Translations under genes and position numbers: made by a program | Shown: positions 34,832 through 46,919 of the stretch, in pieces | Layout of the letters: the number at the start of each line of letters is the position of its first letter | Position numbering within the stretch: the stretch's first letter is position 1 | DNA from: Ranitomeya imitator | Lineage: Eukaryota | Reading direction: 5' to 3' | DNA: 64,000 bases | NCBI RefSeq assembly: GCF_032444005.1 | Contig: NC_091289.1 | Coordinates: 22,754,001 to 22,818,000, forward strand | The notes under the pieces: generated by a model | Database searches by the model: none | What the model was told of the DNA's origin: nothing | The model's input: the letters and a program-made list of their open reading frames with translations, nothing else

Positions 34832-36808
34832 TCTGCCTATAGGGGTACTGTCTTATACAACAGGATCTGCCTATAGGGGTATTGTCTTATACTTACAGGG
34901 TCTGCCTATAGGGGTACTGTCTTATACTTACAGGGTCTGCCTATGGGGGTACTGTTTCATACTTACAGGGTCTGCCTATAGGGGTTCTGTCTTACACTTA
35001 CAGGGTCTGCCTATAGGGGTACTCTTTTTATACTTACAGGGTCTGCCTATAGGGGTACTGTCTTATACTTACAGGGTCTGCCTATAGGGGTACTGTCTCA
35101 TACTTACAGGGTCTACCTATAGGGGTACTGTCTTATACTTACAGGGTCTGCCTATGGGGGTACTGTCTTATACTTACAGGGTCTGCCCATAGGGGTACTG
35201 TCTTATACTAAAGGGTCTGCCTATGTGGTGCTGCAAGATTGCCTTGTGCAGGCATGTACTACGGAGGACAGAGAATGAACTTCAATACAATATTGCAGCC
35301 AGCATGCAGCCAGCGGGTAAGGAAAGGGTGAATCAAACACCTGAAAACCCCGCCCCTATGGCTGAAGATTGTTCCCTCCAAATTCAGGTGACAGAGTCCC
35401 TTGAAAATAAAAAATAGTTATATACTCACCCCTGGGATCCAGCGAAGCTCCGGCGATATGCACGCGGCTGTCGCCATCTTCCGTTCCCAGGATGCATTGC
35501 AAAACTACCCAGTTGACTTAGCGGTCTCGCAAGACCGCTAAATCTTCTGGGTAATTTCGCAATGCATCGCTGGGAACGGAAGATGGCGGCAGGCGCAAGC
35601 GGCTCGGCGGACTACGGAGGATGAGAATAGCAGGTTTTGTTTTATTTTCTATTATTTTTAACATTTCTTTTTTTACTATTGATGCCGCATAGGCAGCATC
35701 AATAGTAAAAAGTTGGGGACACACAGGGTTAATAGCAGCGGTTACGGAGTGCGTTACCCGCGGCATAACGCGGTCCATTACCGCCGGCATTAACCCTGTG
35801 TGAGCGGTGACTGGAGGGGAGTATGCGGGCGCCGGGCACTGACTGGGGAGTAAGGAGCGGCCATTTTCTTCCAGACAGTGCCCGTCGCTGATTGGTCGTG
35901 GCTGTTTTGCCGCGACCAAGCAGCGACTCGGATTTCCATGACAGACAGAGGCCGCCACCAATGAATATCTGTGACAGACAGACAGACAGAAGGACAGACA
36001 GAAAGACGGAAGTGACCCTTACACAATTTTATAGTAGATTATCTTCAGTAACAGCGTGCTCATCTGCTGAGGTTCTCCTCCACTATTAGGGTGCTTCACC
36101 CAGTTGTAATCAAGGTTACCTGGTTAGGGGCCCGCTCAGAAGTTTCGCCCCCTGAACCAAAACCCTAGCTACTCCTCAGGCTGTCACGCTTGGGTCGGGA
36201 AAGCCGCTGTCCAGTCCAGGCATTGCGTTGCGATCCTTGTCTGAGTTATACAGCCATCTGACTCTTCCCTAAGAATAATCCATTAAAGGTTTTTTTTACA
36301 AGTATTTTGAAGCTGATCTGCTTCAAAATCCACATCAATTACTCTTCAATGTGGATTTTGAAGTGGATCCATGTCAAAATAATATCTTCCAAAGCTATCA
36401 TCAAATAGACCAAAATGGTTTTTAAGGGATTGTTTTGATCTCTTTCATTTGTTTTTTTATCCACTTATAGCTTTATTTTATCTAAAATTTACAATAGCAT
36501 TTTTTTTTTAATTTCGAAGTCTCCATTGTACTCAGAATGCGAAGGTCCTCCTTGAAGTCCTGCCTTTTTTCGTTTGTCTCTGTCCTTTTGACTCTTGAAT
36601 GTGGAGGCTCTCAGTTCCCCTCTTCATTTCATCATGATGGATGGCTAAAGCAGATGGACTTGTGTTTTTGAACACTAAAGCAGATGAGCATGGTGAATCA
36701 AGGATGGATGGACGCGAGCACATAACAAAGGCAGTGCACTGTCAGGCCACCTCTCATCTCCACAGCGTCAGGCTCGTCCTGTCTCGCTTCTGTTTTATCT
36801 CCTTCCAG

Positions 36809-36904
36809 ATCCTATTGTGGTTATGCATGTGTTGAAGATTCATCTAGATATAAAAAGGGGACTTCTTCTTCCTACACAGACAATAATGAAACATTGTCAC
36901 AAAG
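36809..36904 (+). CDS. Candidate penultimate coding exon of an unidentified gene ((R)SYCGYACVEDSSRYKKGTSSSYTDNNETLSQ)
   Basis: Strong acceptor TTCTGTTTTATCTCCTTCCAG, 96-nt open phase 2-2 exon, weak donor AAG|GTTTTT. In frame with the next exon. Confidence 0.45.
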
Positions 36905-37108
36905 GTTTTTTTTTTAAGTTTAAATAGTTGGAAAACACTTCAAGGCTAAGTTGTTCCAGGAGAGAGAAAACTTGGCAGCGAATGGTTGGACTCTTTAAGT
37001 CTACAAATCTTATAAGATTGGATTAGATGAAAAATTATCTTTCGTTTGTGCTGACATCCTTTTATAGAAGTGGATTAACCTTGGAAAGTTGTTTTTCTCC
37101 TCATTTAG

Positions 37109-37187
37109 TGATAACGCAGACCGATTGCGTGTCAAAGTGTGCACCTCGAAAAATCACATGGAGAATGGAATTCTATCGGACTGCTAA
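37109..37187 (+). CDS. Candidate terminal coding exon ((S)DNADRLRVKVCTSKNHMENGILSDC*)
   Basis: Acceptor TTTTTCTCCTCATTTAG with upstream TTAAC branch-like site. Phase-compatible across a 204-nt intron. TAA at 37185-37187. Confidence 0.5.
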
Positions 37188-37444
37188 CGCCAAGTCTGCA
37201 GCAATATGGAAGAACACAATGCTTATGTACCACAGAGTCTGGCTGACACATGGAGATATGGAGTCATCATTTATTTCCTTTCGGATGACAAATACATGAT
37301 GTGCAGGACTCTCCTTAACAAAGCGAGAAAGGTTGTAAATGAGAAGAGAAGCACCAAGCCCCCATGTCCTAGTTAGTAACATTCAGCACCAGGATGGAGC
37401 CACCTCATTTTTCCTAGGTTTTCAAGTCAAAAGTTCCCATGTTA

Positions 37445-37622
37445 GGTTAGTTTCCCACATCCAACATTCATGGCCCGAATACGAACTGCAATGTCCAGAT
37501 CAGCTATGGGTCTCCTGACCACAACTTGATAGCCTCATAAGCATATATGAGTCGGTTGAGATTTGATCAGGAGACCCATAGTTGGTCGAGAGACCATGAA
37601 TGTTGGGCTTGTGAAACCAACC
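37445..37622. mobile_element. Small Harbinger-type MITE, TTA TSD
   Basis: TTA|GGTTAGTTTCCCACA...TGTGAAACCAACC|TTA. Confidence 0.75.
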
Positions 37623-39389
37623 TTAGGGTGGATAAGGGTTAGTACCCCTTGTCTATGAAACTTTCTGCTGCCTACGATAATAAATGAAATAGTATACCTG
37701 TTCCCCACAAAAAACATGGTGCTCCATAGGGCAAAAGACATGGTGCTCCATAGGGCAAAAGACAAAAATATGTGGCAATAGTGGTGATGACGCACAAAGG
37801 GTGAGACGAGATGGTGCCTTCAAAACTCCATCTACTCCACCTATTCGAAGTGGTCAATGAATGTACGATTTTGTTTCAAAATATTGGCCATTTGTCACCA
37901 TGTTGGGAGTAGTTTTGGCAATGTGATCTCACCTTTAGGGTACAGGCCATAAGTTCACCTTCAACAGGTGTGCTTACAGCATGCACAACTCCACTCAGGT
38001 GATGTTGCTTCACAGAATAACACAATGTCAGCAAGGACCCCTTTTGCTCAGACCAGTCATCCCACCATTGCCTTCAAACGCTGTAAATAATGTAAAGGTA
38101 AAATCTGTGGTCCCTGACGCTGTTCCCAGCTTTTTAGGAAAAGAGAGTACGGTCACAGTGCCCTTTCCTATAATAGCTGAGGGCCAAACCAATTCAAGTG
38201 GTTATACAAGTCCCAGTTCTATTATATATTTTTTCCAGTTTAAGGAAGGGGTACTGGGTCGCCTGTTGTATGGAGACCTAAATATAAACAATATGCGCTC
38301 TCTTAAAAAAAAAGAAACGATCAGTCTAACCAGATACTTGTCCAAAACGAAGAGACCACTGTAGACAGCTCTTTGGGGGCTCTTGCCCATTTTGTTTTGT
38401 TTTAACTAATTTGCTTTTTTTTCGCTACAAGTTTTCTGCCTTATTCAGGACCAGTTGTGTAACTTTAAGCTTATGGACCCCAATGCAAAATCTCCAACAT
38501 GTCCCCAAACTATCATAGTTCATCAAAAGGAATAGTCTTTTCATATGGGCCATAAGGACCTTTTAGGACCCTTTGCAACCCCTGCACTTGTTAAAGACTC
38601 GACATCAGTAGCATTGCTGCTATTTATCTTCCTCTATTTGACCGAGTTTTTTGAGACGCTCAAAAACTACAAGTTTTTCAAGAAAAACTTCAGGAAATGT
38701 TCCTTTTTTGGGGGAGTTTTTCTTTTTCTGAAGCCCTTTTGGAAAAGTTTTTTTTTCCCCAAAAAACATGTTTTGCTTTGTTGCAATCTTTCGATTTGAC
38801 AATGCCTAGTTTGGAGATGTTTCTTTCAGTATTTGCTTCGAAGACATAATATGCTATTTTTTTTTTTTTTTATTTCTCACAATTTGCTTGTCAATTCCTT
38901 TTCAGGAAAATTACAAAGCTCCAAAACTCCTCGTATGAACAGAGGATTCTAAGGCGATGTGCGCGCAACATCTTTTTCAGACGTGCCAAAAACGTGCAAA
39001 AGGAACCGATAAGGTGAACGTAAATGCACAGCGCTGTGAAAACGACATTGCTGTGCACATTTTCTGTCTTATGTCACTTCTTCCAACCATTTCACGATTT
39101 CGGAAACCCTACAGCGGTAAAAACTAGGGACATACTCATTCTTCAAGCGGCTTTCAAGCCACCTGCTCTCCACACTTCACAGTATAGAGTAGAAAATGCT
39201 GCAAGAGTGTCGGCAAAACTGACGGCAAAGTTGTTTCAACCCTTTTCCAGAAGAGTCTTTCGTTGGGAAAAATCTACACCAAAAAAAACCTTGCTTTCGA
39301 AATTAATTGAAAAAGTTTTCCAATAGGTTTTTGAAACTGATTTTTTGAACAAGTATAATTAAGGGACCCTGACCATCAAATGACTTTAA

Positions 39390-39859
39390 GGGTATGTTCA
39401 CACTAGGCATTTTTTCAGCGTTTTTTTTCTGCAGAAAAATTTGATCCCTTGGCAGGAAAGAAGCTGCAGAAAAAAAATATGTTTTCCTTATTTTTCTGTG
39501 CGTTTTTTGTGCGTCTTTTGCAACGGTTTTGGCATGCTAGGTTTGTCTCTTGTGTATGCTGATAAAGTTTGGTGTTGAAAAAAAAAGTCCTATTTCATAG
39601 AATCAGGTTTTGGCACCAAAAAAAACACAGCAAAACCAGATACCTGCATTTTTGGTGTGTTTTTCAGCATTTCTTTCGCACTGAAAGAAGTGACATGGTC
39701 TATGTCCAACAAAAACATGCAAAATACTGATGAATAAAAAAAAAAACAATTTGTGTGCATCAGATTTCTGAAATCTCATAGGCTTTGCTGGTACTGTAAA
39801 AAGCAGCTGAAAATTAGCATTAGAAAAATGCATCAAAAATGCCCAGTGTGAACTTAGCC
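39390..39859. mobile_element. Harbinger-type MITE with A/T-run-rich interior
   Basis: TAA|GGGTATGTTCACACT...AGTGTGAACTTAGCC|TAG. Confidence 0.7.
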
Positions 39860-40379
39860 TAGTTTTGTAGTGGAGAAGCGTAGTGCAGGAAACTTGAGGC
39901 TTCGCTCCTCAGTTCTCCAACCCATGTGAGATACAGATGCACTTTCTTTCCACCCAAGAATGTTTTTATGGGTTTGGATCTGTGTGTTTTTCAGATGCAA
40001 TGGACGTACGGCCCAGCGGGGATGCTGCCTCTGTTTAAACAATGCCCTGGTGCATCCATTAGCTCTGGGAGCCTGATGCCCCTTTGAAGTCTGTTTGCAT
40101 TCCAGAGCAATTTCAAATACACATTTTCAGTGGGTGAAAGAATCACAGACTCTACAGGATGATTAATGGATTTTACACCTCAGTGTCAGGGAGGTCCGGT
40201 AGCTCTGTTGACAGTGATTTTTCCAGCTCTGTGCGACTTTCACTGCACAGTTCTCACCGAGCAAATGAAATCTGCGCAGCCCGGAGGGACACAAGCACTT
40301 TCACAGTTGGAGGACATCTAGGACTCCCTGTTATCAGCCACTTTGGACTGAGAGAAGTCTTTAGAAATGGGATTACTAA

Positions 40380-40922
40380 AGGTACCATCACATTAAGCGA
40401 CGCTGCAGCGATATAGACAACGATGTCGAAGTCCCCGGGTAACCAGGGTAAACATCGGGTTACTAAGCGCAGGGCCGCGCTTAGTAACCCGATGTTTACC
40501 CTGGTTACCAGCGTAAATGTAAAAAAAAAAAAAAACACTACATACTTACATTCCGGTGTCTGTGCGTCCCCCGGCGTCAGCTTCCCTGCACTGTGTAAGC
40601 GCCGGCTGTAAAGCAGAGCGGTGACGTCACCGCTGTGCTCTGCTTTACGGCCAGCCGGCGCTGACAGTGCAGGGAAGCAGAACGCCAGGGGACGCGACAG
40701 ACACTGGAATGTAAGTATGTAGTCACACAAGCCGATATAGCGATGTCAGCGGGTGACCCAGCGACGAAATAAAGTTCTTGCCTTCTAGCTCCGACCAACG
40801 ATGTCACAGCAGGATCCTGATCGCTGCTGCATGTCAAACACAACGATATCGCTAGCCAGGACGCTGCAACGTGACGGATCGCTATCGTTATCGTTCTAAA
40901 GTCGCTCAGTGTGAAGGTACCT
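40380..40922. mobile_element. Palindromic MITE, same family as 20656-21392 (internally deleted)
   Basis: AGGTACCATCACATTAAGCGACG...GTCGCTCAGTGTGAAGGTACCT. Same GGTAACCAGGGTAAACATCGGG hairpin. Confidence 0.85.
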
Positions 40923-42128
40923 TTAGGCTCTGTGAACACAACATCTTTTTACCCAACTGGTTCCACCTGAAAAAATTGCAAAAATTAGAAAAATTGCAAA
41001 AAATTTGAAAAATTGCATTTTTATGTAGAAAAAACTCTCTGCTCACATGTTCGGGTTTTCGAGCGTCTTTCAACTTCTTCAGATTTCCAAAGATGCCAAG
41101 GAGTTAAAAGAAGTGAGCAAACCATTGTTCAAGCACTGTTTTGGTCTGTACTTTACATAACAAGTCAATGGGAAGTCTTGAAAGACAACTCAGGAGGCTT
41201 TTTGAGCATTTTTTACTAGAAAAAAAAACATGAACAGTTAGTTTAGTCTTTGTTGAATGGAGGTTTAAGAAAAAAAAAAGTCTGGAAAATGGCAATAAAA
41301 AAGAAAAAAAATGCTGTAAAAAGGCTAAAAGAAAAATGTCAGTGATGAAAAATGTAAAAATAAATAAATAAAGAAATGACAAAAAAAAGACACCTCAAGT
41401 CATCGGGAAGAGTCGTAAGACTTCCAGGGGTCTTTTTGAGCGTTTGTGCTTGAAAAAACGAATGGCAGTTTCTTCATTGTTGAATGGAGTTAAAAAAAAA
41501 AGTTTGCAAAATGGCAATAAAAAAAAGACACCGCAAAAATGGTGTAAGAATGCTAAAGGTGTATGACGCTGGGATGTTCTGGGGAAAGGGGACGTGGCAA
41601 CAGCTGATCAGTGGGGATGCTGGAACTCAGACCCCAACCCATCTGATATTAATTAACCCATCCTAAGGAATGGTTATAAATATCAAAGTCTTGGACAATC
41701 CCTTTAAAGTAGAGAAAATTATTTATAATTGAATCATCAGAACGATCATAAATCTACATAAACCTTATGAAAACGGGGTTGTCCCAGACTCACACTATTT
41801 CTATTTATGGCATGTCAGTAAGGGTTCGGGTTTTTTTTATGGCTTTGTATCCATTTTTTTTTTTTTGCTGTAAACTTGTATGCTTTATTTTTACAATAAA
41901 AAGAAAGCAGAACATAAAAAAGCAAAAAATACCTAGTAATGTGCAAGAAAAACTTTTGAATGAAATGGATGAGTTGTCTCCTAAGAATGTTTTCTAGTTT
42001 GGAGGACTCATCACTTCCTGACAGAGAGTTGATTATAATGAGACCTGTGTAATGCTTCACTTCTCCTGTGGGAGCGCTGTAGGGAAAGTGAACACTTGCT
42101 GATAGTGAATTACAGCTAATCACATGGT

Positions 42129-42710
42129 TGTCAGGCTCACTGGGTGAGGTGGATCCTCAAAGCCCAACGTCAGGTTGGCACACGAGCCACATGCGTTGGT
42201 GTCACAGGTAGATGAAGCACGCAGGAAATAGGCAAGTAGCAGAGGTACTGGAACCTGCAGGTAGACATGAAATGTCTTGGAGACAGTAGACAGGCAGCAG
42301 AGGTACTGGAACCTGCAGGTAGACATGAAATGTCCTGGAGACAGTAGACAGGCAGCAGAGGTACTGGAAACTGCAAACAAGTAGCAGAGGAAAAAGAAGC
42401 CGCATGCAGACTGGAGACGTCCTGCAGACAGGCTGCAGAGATACTGGACGCTGTAGGCAGACTGTAGACATCCTGAAAAGTAGCATAGGTCCTGAAAGAC
42501 CGGAACAGGGAGCAGACAGAACTCCAGAGAAAATAGTGAGTCTTAATACCAAGACAGAGGTGGGTGTCTCGGGAGGCCTTATATAGGCCCAGGCAGATGA
42601 TCACATGGGAGCTCGCTGGTCTACTTGTAAAGCCTGATGTGGAGTACAAGAAAAGTTTAGCAGACCGGGATGAAGGGAGCAGAGCCTAGAGCCAGGACAG
42701 ATGTGTAACA
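42129..42710 (-). mobile_element. Solo-LTR-like element (family D) inserted in a T2-type MITE
   Basis: TGTCAGG...TGTAACA ends. Flanks ATGGT / ATGAT (5-bp TSD, 1 mismatch). Internal ~60-bp direct repeat. MITE sequence on both sides. Confidence 0.65.
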
Positions 42711-43859
42711 ATGATCAAACCAGTAAAGAATTGATAGAAATGGGTGTCGCATGTTCAGATATTGATGACCTATCATAAGGACAGGTTTCTATATCCAAGT
42801 TGTGGACAATTTTGAACCCTCATCTATTTGATTCGAAGACACTGTCTAACAGCCCGTTAATTTGAATGAGAATGATGTAATACCTCACTACTCCTGTGGG
42901 AGTGCTGTAGGGAAACTGAACACTTGCTGACAGGTTCATCTACAATTTCTTCTGACCACTTTATCAAACTAGCAGGAAACTCTCATTATCCTAAAGTCCT
43001 TCAAACAAAAAAAGAGCACATCCAAAGCAAATAATTCCTTTTAAAGAAATGGCCTTACCTTGGACAGGTTTTTTTTTTTTACTAGCCCATTTGAGTCCTT
43101 TGAGCGTTTGCAGGCATGCAATCACACATGTATTTGTGCATGACAATTGCTATAGATGGTAATAAAATGAAGAAAAAAAAAAAAGAAAAGCATCATAATA
43201 TAACCAGTCATGACAGTGAACAGGGCTCAATTCTAAAAAGCCAGTTGCCAAGAGGCTGTATAAATATTGGCCGGTACAAACAATATTCTAAGAAAAGGCA
43301 GAGTTCTATCTTGATATTAAAAAGTCCAGTAACACTAATAACAAGTAGCATTAACCTAGACACTTTTTTTTTTAAATATTGGAACTATTCATCCTCATAC
43401 ACATGGCCGTATTAGGCTTTGTTTTGTACATGGCATTAATAAGAAGCCCACAGGGGTGTCTGGAGCCTTAAAGGGGTTTTCTGGGTTTATTAAATTAATA
43501 TCGGATCAACGGTTGTCCGACACGTGGGACTCCCTCTGATTGAACTGAATAGGAGCTGAGCTGCAGTACCTAAGAATGGCCACTACGTAGTAATCAGCTG
43601 ATAGTGGGGGTGCCCAGAGTTGGACCCCGACAAATCAGATATTAAATAGGTGATCAGCATCCACTACTTATCAAAAGGCTCCCTTGACATTAGACAGGTC
43701 ACAAAGTGTCCCCCATTCCTGCAGTGATCGCTAGCAATCAGCTGTACCTGATCTGACAAAACCTGACAGTAAGTGTTCAGTTTCCCTGCAGCACTCCCAC
43801 AGGAGAAATGAAGCATTACACCCTCGCTTCATAGGAGAAAAGTAATTATACTATACTAT

Positions 43860-44677
43860 ATTGCGATGATATAGAATTGCAGTATAAAATATTATCGATC
43901 AAACAATCACAGGTTCAAGTTCCCTTAGAGGACTAAAAAATAAATTTAAAATAAAAAAAAGTTTTAAAAAGTTTTTTTTTAAGTTTAAATCCCTTTTCCT
44001 TGTTCAAAAATAAAGAAATTAAAAAAAAGAAATACACATATTTGGTGTTGTTGTGTCCAAAAAAAAATCTGAGCTATCAAAATAAAAATTAATTGAACCA
44101 TACTTAAACACCAGTATTGCCATACTGCAAAAAAGCGATCAAAATGTTGTATGTACCCCAATGCGGTGCCAATAAAAACTAGAGCGCAGCGCTCAAAAAA
44201 AAATCTCTTACACAGTTCCATCAACGCAAAAGTAAAAAAAAGTTGTGGGTCTCAGAAAAAAACATTGCTACAAACCAATTTATTTATTTTTTTAATGGCT
44301 CTGATTTTTTTTTTTTAACCAATAAAATATATTTAAAAAAATATAAGTTTGGTATCTCTTTAATTGTAATGTAGGTTATTTTTAACATACAATAAACGTC
44401 GTAAAAACTAAATTTAAAAAAAAAGTGGAAAAGAGTTATTCAATCCACTTGGAATATTTTTCCCGTTTTTTTGGGGGGACATATGATTTCTGTATGGTAA
44501 AATAAAAAATAAATAAATAGTGTCATTCAAAAAAAAAGTTGACCTGAAAAAAACAAGAACTTGTATGAGAAAAATGAAAAAAAAAAAAAAACAAAGTTAT
44601 GAGTCTTGGGAAAAGATGTGAAAAAAAAAACACGAAAAAGCAAAAATGTTAAAATTTTCTGATCTTTAAAGGGGTAA
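43860..44677. mobile_element. piggyBac-like non-autonomous element, right-hand portion
   Basis: A-tract-rich body ending in degenerate TAAAGGGG|TAAA, resembling the AAGGGG|TTAA end. Family assignment from pattern recognition only. Confidence 0.4.
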
Positions 44678-45199
44678 AGGCTCTTCTGCCAAATATGAAG
44701 TATTTTCTATATATTGTATACGTATTTTTCGGCTGTGTACAATATTTCATGGATATAATTGAAGCAAATTATCTGTAGCAAAAGCGACAAATCACCGCGC
44801 AGCTCATGCTCCTCTTATCCTTCTAGCCGGCAGCCCATGGGACGACCTCCTAAATCTTCCCCAGTCTTGTCTGCCACAATAAATCACGTTCTGTGCGGCA
44901 CGTAGAGGCAAACAAAGCCTTTTGGCGTGAAGACGTTCTGATATTTAATATCCTAAGGCCTCGAGCATCCTGACTGATATCCCCCAATGAAGCACTTTTT
45001 TTTTTTCCGCTCAGACACATATTTTTTCTGCATTTTCAATAAGGCTGACTTATAAAAAATGCCTCCGGCCGGGGATCGGCTTTATGTTAAAATTCTAAAA
45101 TTCTACATATTAAACCAGTAATCTTTCTCAATAATGTTTTACATTAGTTCAGTAGAAATGTGATTGTTAGTGAATATATATATAATATATATTGTATAT

Positions 45200-45480
45200 A
45201 CAGAACTTTTAGGCAGGTGTGGAAAACAGTTACAACATAAGGATGAGCTGAAAATCAGAAATGTTAATAGTTTATTGGTATCAATTAACAAAAGTACAAA
45301 ATGAATCAAAATCATAATCTTCGTCGCTCACTTCTTCTAGGTTCTTGTACACAGTGTTCGACGGAACCAGGCAGAGAGGTTGTTCCAAACATCTTGGAGA
45401 ACTAACCCCAGATCTTCTGTAGATGTTGATTGTGTAATCCTTTTGTCTCGACGTGTGATCCCAGAGTGATCTCAGCCGAC
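45200..45480. mobile_element. Degraded Tc1-like terminal fragment
   Basis: TA-CAG start, AGGCAGGTGTGGAAAA and TTAATAGTTTATT motifs resembling Tc1 ends of aquatic vertebrates. Confidence 0.35.
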
Positions 45481-46218
45481 CCTGCTGACTTAAGAAAAGG
45501 GGCGTAATGATCATGGTCACGGAGAGTGCGACCACTACCCTGGCCATGCGGGAGGGGGTCCCGCTGACGCCAGCAGCCATTTCAACAGGATGTGTCCGAA
45601 GACGCACATTCAGATGAAATGTGTTGCGGCGCAAATACCCGCCGGGTCCCTAAACTACAGTATATGTCGCCGGCCAATCAGAGGCTGACAGTTGATGTCA
45701 GCGTGGAAGTCACTGGCGGCACATTGCACTGATGTCATGCGCTACCCGTCGCTTGCATGCTGAAGTCCGCTGCCAGCTCTTTCGCCGGCTGTAGAAGAGG
45801 ACGCCGTAGTGGGAGCGAGGGAAGGTGAGTAGAGTCCTTTATTTTAGTTTTTTTTTACATTTGTTGGAGAAAAGCTTCAGAACAGGGACATTATTACTGG
45901 AAAGGGCCCAGGATGGGGGACATTATGCCAAGATGGTCCATATTATACTAGGATGGGGGACATATATTACTGGAAGGGGCCCATGTAATTATAAGCATTT
46001 TATCCTGAAAGCGGCATGTTCAGTAGGATGTGAAACTGGCACGTACAGTATAATAGGAACCATCAGAGAAGTGTCACCTTGCCGTGGTTGATGGACGCAC
46101 ATGAATTGGCCAATTTATGAGCTAAGAACCTTCATTTCTTGTAAGTACCATAGATCTTATTGAGTAACATTACAGCTTGGATTTAATGTTTCCAGTGTTT
46201 TTATATATCTTGGTTTAT

Positions 46219-46919
46219 NNNNNNNNNNNNNNNNNNNNNNNNNNNNNNNNNNNNNNNNNNNNNNNNNNNNNNNNNNNNNNNNNNNNNNNNNNNNNNNNNN
46301 NNNNNNNNNNNNNNNNNNNNNNNNNNNNNNNNNNNNNNNNNNNNNNNNNNNNNNNNNNNNNNNNNNNNNNNNNNNNNNNNNNNNNNNNNNNNNNNNNNNN
46401 NNNNNNNNNNNNNNNNNNNNNNNNNNNNNNNNNNNNNNNNNNNNNNNNNNNNNNNNNNNNNNNNNNNNNNNNNNNNNNNNNNNNNNNNNNNNNNNNNNNN
46501 NNNNNNNNNNNNNNNNNNNNNNNNNNNNNNNNNNNNNNNNNNNNNNNNNNNNNNNNNNNNNNNNNNNNNNNNNNNNNNNNNNNNNNNNNNNNNNNNNNNN
46601 NNNNNNNNNNNNNNNNNNNNNNNNNNNNNNNNNNNNNNNNNNNNNNNNNNNNNNNNNNNNNNNNNNNNNNNNNNNNNNNNNNNNNNNNNNNNNNNNNNNN
46701 NNNNNNNNNNNNNNNNNNNNNNNNNNNNNNNNNNNNNNNNNNNNNNNNNNNNNNNNNNNNNNNNNNNNNNNNNNNNNNNNNNNNNNNNNNNNNNNNNNNN
46801 NNNNNNNNNNNNNNNNNNNNNNNNNNNNNNNNNNNNNNNNNNNNNNNNNNNNNNNNNNNNNNNNNNNNNNNNNNNNNNNNNNNNNNNNNNNNNNNNNNNN
46901 NNNNNNNNNNNNNNNNNNN
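46219..46919. other. Assembly gap (701 N)
   Basis: Run of N. Confidence 1.

Larger units (their letters stand above)
32195..35225. repeat. Minisatellite, 34-36-bp unit GGGGTACTGTCTTATACT(T)ACAGGGTCTGCCTAT(G/A), in three blocks (32195-32310, 33081-33619, 34832-35225)
   Basis: Directly visible. Blocks are separated exactly by the two LTR insertions. Confidence 0.92.
31755..36179. mobile_element. Non-autonomous hAT element, 8-bp TSD GCTGTCAC, carrying a minisatellite and two solo LTRs
   Basis: GCTGTCAC at 31747-31754 and 36180-36187. Degenerate TIRs CAGTAGCTTAGCTA / TAGCTACTCCTCAG (9 of 14 match). Confidence 0.8.

Noticed and set aside
12158-44677. piggyBac-like left end (12158) and right end (~44677) as one giant element
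   Set aside because: The ends are 32 kb apart, degenerate and not demonstrably matched. Independent fragments are more likely.
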